A stretch of DNA of 64,000 nucleotides from an uncultured Gemmatimonadales bacterium (GTDB taxonomy: Bacteria > Gemmatimonadota > Gemmatimonadetes > Gemmatimonadales > GWC2-71-9): NCBI GenBank assembly GCA_963730185.1, contig CAVSQW010000007.1, positions 416,001 to 480,000 on the forward strand, given 5' to 3'. The number at the start of each line of letters is the position of its first letter. Within the stretch, counting starts at the first letter, position 1. This document shows, piece by piece, positions 20,637 through 28,619 of this stretch. The notes below the pieces were generated by a model. The model ran no database searches and was not told the DNA's origin. It was given only the letters and a program-made list of their open reading frames with translations. The position numbers and the translations under genes were made by a program.

Positions 20637-21646
20637 GGGGTCGTGCTCTCGAGGGGGACGGAGGCCGGGACCGGGCGACGGCCGCCGACCCAGATCAGGA
20701 GGAGCCCGGCGGCGATCCAGAGGAGATCGCGCGCCCGCCCGACCACCGCGGCGTAGAGCCCGAGGCTCGTCGGGTAGCCGAGCTGCTGGAAAAGGAGCAG
20801 GGTGGCCCCCTCGCGGGTGCCGAGCTCGAAGGGCACGATGAAGAGCAGGTTGCCGACCAGTCCTTCGAGTCCCGAGACGACAAAGGCGTCGAGGTAGCCG
20901 ACGGCGTGGCCGGCGCTCGCCCCGATCAGGCAGAACTCGAGCGCGATGACGCACCGGCTGAGGAATTCGTACGCCACGGCCGCCCGGAAGCGCCCCGGCC
21001 GCTCGTGATAGAACGCGACGATCTGGCGGTCCATCGCGAGGATGGCGTCCTGATGCGGGTCGAGCCGGCGGGCCAGCCGGCGGAGCCCCGGCACCCGGCC
21101 GGCCCAGCCGATCACCCGGGCCACCACGCCGTCCCGGTGGGCGGCGAGGAGCAGGATGATGAGGGCCGAGACCAGGAACAGCGCCGCGGTGAGCAGCAGG
21201 AGCCAGGTGACGGTGTAGGGCAGCAGCACGAACCCGAGCCCGACCGCGAAGAGCCAGAGGAGCAGCAGGCCCAGGGTCCGTACCATGGTGTGGAGCACCA
21301 CCGAGGCGGTCGCCCGCGACGTGCCGGTCCAGGGAGCGAGCGCCGCGATCTTGTAGGGCTCGCCGCCGGCGTTGACCATCGGCGTGATGTAGTTGATCGC
21401 GGTTCCGGCGACGACCGTCGCCAGGGTCCGTCGAAAGGCCGGTCGGGCCGGCTCGTCGGCCAGGATCGTGTGCCACGCCGCGGCGTCCAGGACGTGGACC
21501 AGTCCGTACAGGGCCAGGATGGGAACGATCATCCAGCCCGTCCGCCGGGCGTCGACCAAGAGGTCGCCTCCGCCGGCGGCTCGGACCACCAGCAGGAAGA
21601 GCGCGAGGCCTCCCAGAAAGAGCGCCAGCCGGACCCGGCGGCTCAC
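20633..21646 (-). CDS. Lysylphosphatidylglycerol-synthase TM / flippase-like membrane protein (UPF0104)
   Basis: INYITPMVNAGGEPYK, FIVPFELGTREG; about 8 TM helices. Confidence 0.85.
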   Translation of the reverse strand: MSRRVRLALFLGGLALFLLVVRAAGGGDLLVDARRTGWMIVPILALYGLVHVLDAAAWHTILADEPARPAFRRTLATVVAGTAINYITPMVNAGGEPYKIAALAPWTGTSRATASVVLHTMVRTLGLLLLWLFAVGLGFVLLPYTVTWLLLLTAALFLVSALIILLLAAHRDGVVARVIGWAGRVPGLRRLARRLDPHQDAILAMDRQIVAFYHERPGRFRAAVAYEFLSRCVIALEFCLIGASAGHAVGYLDAFVVSGLEGLVGNLLFIVPFELGTREGATLLLFQQLGYPTSLGLYAAVVGRARDLLWIAAGLLLIWVGGRRPVPASVPLESTTP

Positions 21647-22680
21647 GCGGCTGCGCCTCGGGCGCGGGCCCGAACCCGGCGCCGCGGGCGGGACCGTCCG
21701 TATCCCCCTTCGAGCACCGTGGCGACCCGCTCGATGTCCTCCAGCGGGCCGTCGGCGTCGCCGGTGTCGAGCCGGCGGACGAAGTCGGTGAACAGGTCGG
21801 CGAACCAGTGCCGGTACGATGCCTTGTCGAGCTGCGCCGTGAAGTCGAGGGACTCGACGGCGCCGTCGGCCGCGAGCTGGAGCCGGCCGCCCTCCCAGGA
21901 GATGGTGCCCCGGTCGCCGACGAAGCGAATCCGGGTCTCCCGATGATGGGCCGCCCAGGTGAGAAAGAGCACGGCCAACCGGTCCGGGTAACGCATCACC
22001 AGATGGGCGGTGTCCTCCACGTCATAGTCGGCATGGCGAAGGCGGGTGGTCCATCCGTGGATCGCGCCGGGGGGGCCGGCGACGTCGAGCACCTCGTAGA
22101 TCAGATGGGTCCCGTGGTCGAGCAGCACCCCGCCGAGACCGCCCGCCCGGGTGGCCCGCCAGGGGACCGGGGTCGGATCGGCCCCGCGGTCGGCGTGCAG
22201 GCGGTACACCGTGAACTCGGCCAGCGACCAGTGGCCGATCGCGCCACCGTCGAGCCAGGCCCGCACCTGCCGCCAGGCCGGGTTGAACCGGTACTGGTGG
22301 CACGGCATCACCACCCGCCCGGCTCGGCGGGCCGCCTCGGCGATGGTCCGGGCGTCGTCGGCCGCGATGGCGACCGGCTTCTCGCAGAGCACGTGATAGC
22401 CCTGGTCCAGCGCCCAGAGCGTAAGCTCGAGGTGGGTGGCCGTGGGGGTGCAGATGTCGACGAAGTCGATTGGACCGAACCGGTCGATCGCCGTCCGGGT
22501 CGGGACGACCTCGAGGCCGTCGACCACCTGGCCCGCCGGCAGAGAGGCATCGACCGCTCCGACGATGTCGATCCGGTCGTGGGGTGACGGGCCCCGCCGG
22601 AAGCCCGGCAGGTGGGCGGTCCGCGCCACGTTGCCCAGACCGATGATGAGGCCGCGATAGCGACGAGGTTCAGCCGGCAT
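21643..22680 (-). CDS. Gfo/Idh/MocA family oxidoreductase
   Basis: IIGLGNVA, HVLCEKP, GGVLLDHGTH, EDTA. Confidence 0.9.
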   Translation of the reverse strand: MPAEPRRYRGLIIGLGNVARTAHLPGFRRGPSPHDRIDIVGAVDASLPAGQVVDGLEVVPTRTAIDRFGPIDFVDICTPTATHLELTLWALDQGYHVLCEKPVAIAADDARTIAEAARRAGRVVMPCHQYRFNPAWRQVRAWLDGGAIGHWSLAEFTVYRLHADRGADPTPVPWRATRAGGLGGVLLDHGTHLIYEVLDVAGPPGAIHGWTTRLRHADYDVEDTAHLVMRYPDRLAVLFLTWAAHHRETRIRFVGDRGTISWEGGRLQLAADGAVESLDFTAQLDKASYRHWFADLFTDFVRRLDTGDADGPLEDIERVATVLEGGYGRSRPRRRVRARARGAAA

Positions 22681-23560
22681 AGGCCGCGCTTTCGCTGGGC
22701 TCGGTGTCGAGCAGCAGGCGGACGCCGCGCTCCTGCCGAACGATGAGCATGAGGAGAACCAGGTTGAGCGGCCCGATCGCCACCCAGAAGTAGGAGGCCG
22801 GCCAGCCCGGCACGGCCGTCACGGCCAGGAGCGCGAACCGCACGTTCTGCGCGATCAGCGCCCCGGCGACGACGACCGGCCGGGCCAGCGCGCGGTACCC
22901 GTCGTTCGGGAGGCTCGACCCCGGTTGGGTTCGCCAGCGCCGGACCAGCTCCGTCGTGGCGGGGAGGAGTCGAACTTGACGCTGCACGTACCCGGCGTAG
23001 CTGCGGTAGGCCAGGCCGGCCCAGAAGCCGGTCGGCCCGGTCCCGAGATCCTCGGGCAGGTCGAGCTCGCCGGTCCCGGCGCCGCCGAAGCGGAGGTAGA
23101 CCTGGCGGAGGAAGTCGATCGCGCTGGCCTGAAGGGAATGACTGATGCCGGCCGCGATCACCAAGACCACCGCGGGCCACCCGGCCCCGGCCAGCAGCAG
23201 CCGAACCAGGAGGTGCAGGTAGAGGTTGAGGAACCGAAGGTTGTCGGAGAGCCCGTCCAGCACCCGGCCGAACCGGGTGCCCCCGCCCCGGATCCGGGCG
23301 ACCTGGCCGTCGGCGCTGTCGAGGACGTCGGACACCACGAAGAGGGCCAGGCCGAGCGCGCCGAGCCGCCAGTCGTCGTAAAGGAAGAGGTGGCCGGCCA
23401 CCAGGCCCACGGCCAGGGATGCCAGCGTCACCTGGTCCGCCGTCACCCGGGTGGCGGCGAGGCCCCGCGCGAGCCGGTAGCCGACCGGGCGGAAGAAGTG
23501 GAGGTCGATCCAGTCCTCCACCGCGTCGCCCTTAGCCGCGAGCGCGTTCGGCGGCTTCAA
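22670..23560 (-). CDS. CDP-alcohol phosphatidyltransferase (long)
   Basis: AAGGAGG before TTG; EDWIDLHFFRP; DSADGQVAR...GRVLDGLSD. Confidence 0.9.
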   Translation of the reverse strand: MKPPNALAAKGDAVEDWIDLHFFRPVGYRLARGLAATRVTADQVTLASLAVGLVAGHLFLYDDWRLGALGLALFVVSDVLDSADGQVARIRGGGTRFGRVLDGLSDNLRFLNLYLHLLVRLLLAGAGWPAVVLVIAAGISHSLQASAIDFLRQVYLRFGGAGTGELDLPEDLGTGPTGFWAGLAYRSYAGYVQRQVRLLPATTELVRRWRTQPGSSLPNDGYRALARPVVVAGALIAQNVRFALLAVTAVPGWPASYFWVAIGPLNLVLLMLIVRQERGVRLLLDTEPSESAAYAG

Positions 23561-24866
23561 GGAGCACCTCCTTCATGATCCCCAGCGCCTCCATCGCCTC
23601 GGCTTCCCGGATCACCAGGGGCGGATTGAGGCGCACTTCGGGATTGTAGATCATCGCCAGCACGCCCCGGCGGAGCAGGGTGTCGAAGATCCAGCGGGTC
23701 TCGGGCTTGGCCAGGGGCGCGCCGGTGTCCGGATGGACCAGGCTCATCCCGAGCAGGAGGCCCCGGCCGCGAGCCCGGCGGACGATCGGGATCTCCCGCT
23801 CCCACCGGGTCAGCTCGTCGAGCATCAGGCCGCCCAGCCGGCGGCTGTGCTCCACCAGACCCTCGTCGAGGATGGTCTCGATCGTGACCCGGGCGGCCGC
23901 GGCGGCCATCGGGTTGCCACCGTAGCTCGACGAGCTGCCGCTCGGGTTGGCCCACGGCTTGGCGAAGGCAACCGACTCGCGGATGATGATGCCGCTCATC
24001 GGGAAGCCGCCGCCGAAGCCCTTGCCGACCAGGATCATGTCCGGGACGATGCCCTCGTGCTCGACCGCGAACATCCGGCCGGTCCGGCCGAACCCGGTGA
24101 TCATCTCGTCGCAGATCAGGACCGCGCCGAGCTCGTCGGCCAAGGCGCGGAGCTGGGCCAGGTAGCCGGGGGGCGGCACGATGTTGCCGGCCGTGCCCTG
24201 AATCGGCTCGACCAGAATGGCCGCCAGGTCGGCGGTGGTTTCGAGCGCCAGCTTCTTCCGCAGAAAGTCCACGCAGTGCCAGGCGCAGGAGGTCGGCTCC
24301 TTGTCGAAGGCGCAGCTGGCGCACGACGCGTAGGGCGACGAATAGGTGCCCGGCATCAGGGGACCGAGGGCGTGCTTGAAGTCGCCGCTCAGGAGGGGCA
24401 GGACGCCGCCGGTCTTGCCGTGGAAGCCGCCCCAGAAGCCGACCACTTCCGTCTTGCCGGTGTAGGCCTTGGCCAGCCGGATGGCCGCCTCGACCGCTTC
24501 GGCGCCGCTGGAGTAGAGCTGGGTCCGGTTCAGGTCGCCGGGCGCGAGCTCGGCCAGGAGACGGACCAGCCGGGCTCGGTTCTCGGTGGTGAAGCTCCCA
24601 ACGTGGACCCGCCCCAGCTGGCGGGCCATGGCCTCCACGTACCGCGGGTGGGCGTAGCCCAGACTGGCGACCCCCACGCCGGCCAGGAGGTCGATGTATC
24701 GGTTCCCGTCCACGTCCCAGAGCAGGGCGCCTTCGCCCCGGTCGATGCTGAGCTGGCTGTAGAGCGCCACGCTCTGCGTCCCGGGGGCGAGGTGCCTGGC
24801 CTCGTCGGCAAAATCGCGGGCCGAACGGGGGCCGGGGAGCTGAAGATCGAGCAACGGTTGAGCCAC
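23532..24866 (-). CDS. Class III PLP-dependent aminotransferase
   Basis: DVDGNRYIDL, SGAEAVE, GGFHGKT, EPIQG, DEMITGFGRTG, VGKGFGGG. Confidence 0.92.
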   Translation of the reverse strand: MAQPLLDLQLPGPRSARDFADEARHLAPGTQSVALYSQLSIDRGEGALLWDVDGNRYIDLLAGVGVASLGYAHPRYVEAMARQLGRVHVGSFTTENRARLVRLLAELAPGDLNRTQLYSSGAEAVEAAIRLAKAYTGKTEVVGFWGGFHGKTGGVLPLLSGDFKHALGPLMPGTYSSPYASCASCAFDKEPTSCAWHCVDFLRKKLALETTADLAAILVEPIQGTAGNIVPPPGYLAQLRALADELGAVLICDEMITGFGRTGRMFAVEHEGIVPDMILVGKGFGGGFPMSGIIIRESVAFAKPWANPSGSSSSYGGNPMAAAAARVTIETILDEGLVEHSRRLGGLMLDELTRWEREIPIVRRARGRGLLLGMSLVHPDTGAPLAKPETRWIFDTLLRRGVLAMIYNPEVRLNPPLVIREAEAMEALGIMKEVLLEAAERARG

Positions 24867-24871
24867 CGGAG

Positions 24872-25696
24872 TTACTCCTGCGCGAAGAGACGGAGAAAGC
24901 GGTGCGCGATGGCGTCGGCTGCGGCCTCGCGCACGGGGGCATAGCTGGGCCAGTCGTTCATGTCGATCAGGATCGGATCGTCGAACGATGGAAACGCGGC
25001 GTCGCCGCCGAAGGCCTCGAGTCCCAGCACCTCGGCGGCGCGGAACGCGACCCGGGCCAGCGACGCGATGTCGGGCCGCGGCTGATCGTCGGGGATCGGG
25101 GCGGCCGGGTAGGCATGGAAAAAGGGCGTGCCCCGGACGCCATAAAACTTGAGCACCGGACCACCGACGTGGGCCTGCAACGCGACCGTCGCGATCCCGC
25201 GATGGGCAAACCCGGCGACGGCCGGCGCGAGCCCCGCCAGCGGCACCGAGACGACGTCCTCGGCCGACTGGGCGTGCACGTCGCCTCGCTTGACCCAGAC
25301 CGGCGCCCCGTCGCGCGCCAGCTCGAACGGGAAGCGAGTGTGGTCATGGCCCGGGCCGATGAGGATGGTCTCGGGAAACGGGAGGCCGGCCCCGGTCAGG
25401 AGCTCGACCAGACGGGCCCGATGACAGTTGAGCACCCCGTCGGCCGGGTTCAGCACCGGGGTACGGTTGGGGTCGAGGTCGGCTAACCGCCGACTGGCGA
25501 GCGGTCCCTGGCACATGTTGAGATAGCCGTCGGCCTTGGGCAGCCGGCCGGCCTCGATCTCGATCTCGGAGCTCCGCTGGACCTCGTGGCCGTCGGCTTC
25601 GACCCGGGTCACGACCGCGTCGAGGATGGCGGCATCGTTGTCTCGGTGGCGGCCGGGGGAGAAGGACGGGTTCCGGTACAAGGCGGCGAGTCGCAT
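24872..25696 (-). CDS. ATP-grasp fold protein, ITPK1-like motifs
   Basis: VWVKRGD, LQAHVGGPVLKFYGV, LGLEAFGGD, IDMNDWPSY. Confidence 0.7.
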   Translation of the reverse strand: MRLAALYRNPSFSPGRHRDNDAAILDAVVTRVEADGHEVQRSSEIEIEAGRLPKADGYLNMCQGPLASRRLADLDPNRTPVLNPADGVLNCHRARLVELLTGAGLPFPETILIGPGHDHTRFPFELARDGAPVWVKRGDVHAQSAEDVVSVPLAGLAPAVAGFAHRGIATVALQAHVGGPVLKFYGVRGTPFFHAYPAAPIPDDQPRPDIASLARVAFRAAEVLGLEAFGGDAAFPSFDDPILIDMNDWPSYAPVREAAADAIAHRFLRLFAQE

Positions 25697-25699
25697 GGC

Positions 25700-26401
25700 T
25701 CAGCCCCGGGGCTCGGAGGCGACGAGCGCCTCGGCGACGATCAAATTGCGGCGCCGATCGAGATCGACCATCTGGGCGACGTCGACGGTCTCGACCCGGG
25801 CGCCGAGGGAGAGGAGGCGGCGGAGGAACTCGCGCATCCGCGTCGCGCCGGCCGCGACGGCCACGGCCGCCTCGGCGCGGATGGTCGGACTGAAGGCGTA
25901 GACGCCGCCGGTGACCCAGGCGCCGGCGTCGGCATGGTCTTCGAGCGCCGCCACCCGGCCGGCCTTGCCGAACCGAACCGCCAGCGGCGACTCGTCGGTG
26001 CCCGAGGGCGTGATGGCCAGGACCACGTCGGCGCCGGCCGTCACGGCCCGGTCGGCGACGCCATAGACCCGCTCCCAATCGGCCCGCGCCATCACGGTAT
26101 CCACCATCGAGCAGAAGACCGGCCCGGCGCCCACCGCCTCGATCCCGAGGGCGAGCGTGTGGAGCGAGCCGGGCGTGTCGCAGGGAATGACGTGGACTCC
26201 GGCCCGACTCCGGAGGACGGCTGGAATCGGGACTCTCGCGCGGAGCAGGCAGGTGACGTCGCTGCAGCCGAGCGCCAGGAACTGGGCGGCGAGTCGGACC
26301 AGCTGAGGCTCGCCGCCGATGGGAACCAGCGCTTTCGGGGTCGCGATCCCGTCGTCGGCCAGACGCCGGCCTTCGCCGCCGGCCAGGATCAGACCGCGCA
26401 T
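25700..26401 (-). CDS. Nucleotidyltransferase (NTP_transf; sugar/inositol-phosphate cytidylyltransferase-like)
   Basis: LILAGGEGRRL...PKALV, MVDT, VDLD. Confidence 0.88.
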   Translation of the reverse strand: MRGLILAGGEGRRLADDGIATPKALVPIGGEPQLVRLAAQFLALGCSDVTCLLRARVPIPAVLRSRAGVHVIPCDTPGSLHTLALGIEAVGAGPVFCSMVDTVMARADWERVYGVADRAVTAGADVVLAITPSGTDESPLAVRFGKAGRVAALEDHADAGAWVTGGVYAFSPTIRAEAAVAVAAGATRMREFLRRLLSLGARVETVDVAQMVDLDRRRNLIVAEALVASEPRG

Positions 26402-27081
26402 CGGGCCTCGATCATTCGGGGCAGCTCCGTCAGGCTCGCGATCCGGAGGTCGGTTACCCCGAGGGCGGGCCAGGGACGGGCGTCGGGGGCAAGCCAACAG
26501 GCGGTGAGGCCGAGCGCGGCGGCCGGCCGGACGTCGGCGTCGAAGTTGTCGCCGATCATCCAGGTGCGGTCGGGGGCGGCGTCCAGCTGGCCGATGGCCC
26601 ACTCGAAGATCCCGAGCGAGGGCTTGGCGATGCCCAGGCGCCCGGAGTCGGCCGCCACCTCGAAGAGAGAAGCCAACCCGAGCTCGGCCAGACAGGGGCT
26701 CAGATTCCCGCTGAAGTTGGAGATCACGCCGAGCCGGTGGGTGTCCCGAAGCCGGGTCAGGATGTCCCGGTTGCGGCGAGCGTGCCGGCGGGCGCCGTCC
26801 ACGACCCGCCGGGCCACCCGGTCGGCCAGGGCGGGCGGGGTGGTCTCGAGGTCGGCGGCCAGCCAGGCGGCTTCCCGGAACACCATGCTGGAGAAATCGG
26901 CCTCATGAATGCCGGCCCACTCGAGCAGAGCGCGATCGGCGGCCCGGAAGCGGGCCGCGAAGTGCTCGGGCGGGACGACGATGCCTTCGGCGCTGAAGGC
27001 GCGATGGAACTGGACGCTCGAGGGAACGCCGTCGGCGTCGAGCGTGCCGCCGAAGTCGAAGAGAAGAACGCCACGGGTCAT
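26389..27081 (-). CDS. HAD family hydrolase
   Basis: FDFGGTLD, VISNF, KP, MIGDNFDADV. Confidence 0.9.
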   Translation of the reverse strand: MTRGVLLFDFGGTLDADGVPSSVQFHRAFSAEGIVVPPEHFAARFRAADRALLEWAGIHEADFSSMVFREAAWLAADLETTPPALADRVARRVVDGARRHARRNRDILTRLRDTHRLGVISNFSGNLSPCLAELGLASLFEVAADSGRLGIAKPSLGIFEWAIGQLDAAPDRTWMIGDNFDADVRPAAALGLTACWLAPDARPWPALGVTDLRIASLTELPRMIEARCAV

Positions 27082-27095
27082 GGTGGCGCGGGAGG

Positions 27096-27244
27096 GCAAT
27101 CGCTATGCCCTGGGCGTCCGGGGCCGCCGGCGGCGGCTTAACTCGTTGCGGAGTACGACGAAGGCTCACATGACCGGGGCATGAAGGCCTGGGAGCGATC
27201 ACCCGGTGGGGCAGGGAGCCCCGGCCGATGTCCGTTTTTGCCCC
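27096..27244 (-). promoter_or_regulatory. sigma54 promoter with IHF-like site and three enhancer-like sites
   Basis: Minus strand GGGCAT-AGCGA-TTGC at 27096-27110; TAA-N4-TTG at 27139-27148; GGGGC-N5-GCCCC-like sites at 27176, 27208 and 27230. Confidence 0.7.
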
Positions 27245-27251
27245 GGTGCCT

Positions 27252-28619
27252 TCAGGTGGACCCGCCAGGCCAGTCGCGATACTCCTCCATCTTCCGATAG
27301 AGGGTCTTACGATCCAGGCCCAGCAGCTCGGCCGCCCGGGTCTTGTTCCCACCAGTCTCCCGGAGGATCTCCAGGATGTAGAGGCGCTCCACTTCCTCGA
27401 GCGGCAGGTGGCGCCGCGCCGCACCGGTGAGCATGGTGCCCACGTTGCCGGATTGGCGGATCCGCTCCGGCAGGTGCTCGGCGCCGATCGGCTGCCCCTG
27501 GGCGAGCCAGGCGGCCCGGATGATGGTGTTCCGGAGCTCCCGGACGTTGCCCGGCCACGGGTAGCCGACCAGCAGATCCATCGCGTCGGCGGTGACGGTC
27601 TGGGGTGGGGCGTGGCCGGGATCGATGGCCGCCCGCTCCAGAAAGTGGGCCGCCAGCACTGGGATCTCGGTCGGTCGCTCTCGGAGGGGAGGCAGCTGGA
27701 GGGTGAGGACGTTGAGCCGCCAGTAGAGGTCGTCCCGGAATCGGCCCGCCTCCACCTCGGCCTCGAGGTTCCGGTTGGTGGCGGCCAGCAGCCGGACGTC
27801 GATGGGATGCTCGTGGGTGGCGCCCAGTGGCCGGATCTCGCCCTGCTCGAGCACCCGGAGCAGCTTGGGCTGCAGGGCGAGGGGCAGCTCGGCGATCTCG
27901 TCGAGCAGCAGCGTGCCTCCGTGGGCCACCTGGAAGAGCCCTTCTTTGGCGCGGTCGGCGCCGGTGAAGGCCCCTCGCTCGTGCCCGAAGAGCTCCGATT
28001 CCAGCAACGTCTCGGGCAGGGCACCGCAGTTGACGGTGACGAACGCCGCCCGACCCGAAAGGCGGTGCAAGGCGCGCGCGACCAGCTCTTTCCCGGTGCC
28101 GCTCTCACCGGTGATCAACACGGCGTGGGGCAGGCCCGCGCTTCGTCGGACCAGCTCGTAGAGCCCCAGCATCGGGGGACTGGTCCCGATGAACTCGATC
28201 GGCACCGCGGTCTGCTGGCTTCGGGCCGCGCGGGCGGCCTCGCGGCGGGGACGGCTTTCCGCCAGGGCGCGGGCCACCGTGGCGAGCAACTCGTCCGTCC
28301 CGAGCGGCTTGGTCAGGTAGTCGTACCCGCCGGAGCGGACCAGGTCGATCGCGGATTCGATCGACCCGAACGCGGTCATCACGATGACGTTGATCTCGGG
28401 GCAGCGGGTCCGGACGATCCGGAGGAGGTCGCGCCCGCTGCCGCCCGGCATGATCAGGTCGGTCAGCACCAGGTCCACCCCATCGCCCCGGGTCAGGGCC
28501 GCCTCGGCCGCGTCCGCTCCCGGGAAGGGGAGCACGGTGTGGCCGGCGTGGGCCAGTACCTCGACCAGTAGCTCGCGCAGCTCGCGGTCGTCCTCCACCA
28601 CCATGATCCGGTCAGGCAT
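27252..28619 (-). CDS. sigma54-dependent response regulator (NtrC/AtoC family)
   Basis: REC domain, [28 protein letters not shown], Fis-type HTH. Confidence 0.95.
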   Translation of the reverse strand: MPDRIMVVEDDRELRELLVEVLAHAGHTVLPFPGADAAEAALTRGDGVDLVLTDLIMPGGSGRDLLRIVRTRCPEINVIVMTAFGSIESAIDLVRSGGYDYLTKPLGTDELLATVARALAESRPRREAARAARSQQTAVPIEFIGTSPPMLGLYELVRRSAGLPHAVLITGESGTGKELVARALHRLSGRAAFVTVNCGALPETLLESELFGHERGAFTGADRAKEGLFQVAHGGTLLLDEIAELPLALQPKLLRVLEQGEIRPLGATHEHPIDVRLLAATNRNLEAEVEAGRFRDDLYWRLNVLTLQLPPLRERPTEIPVLAAHFLERAAIDPGHAPPQTVTADAMDLLVGYPWPGNVRELRNTIIRAAWLAQGQPIGAEHLPERIRQSGNVGTMLTGAARRHLPLEEVERLYILEILRETGGNKTRAAELLGLDRKTLYRKMEEYRDWPGGST

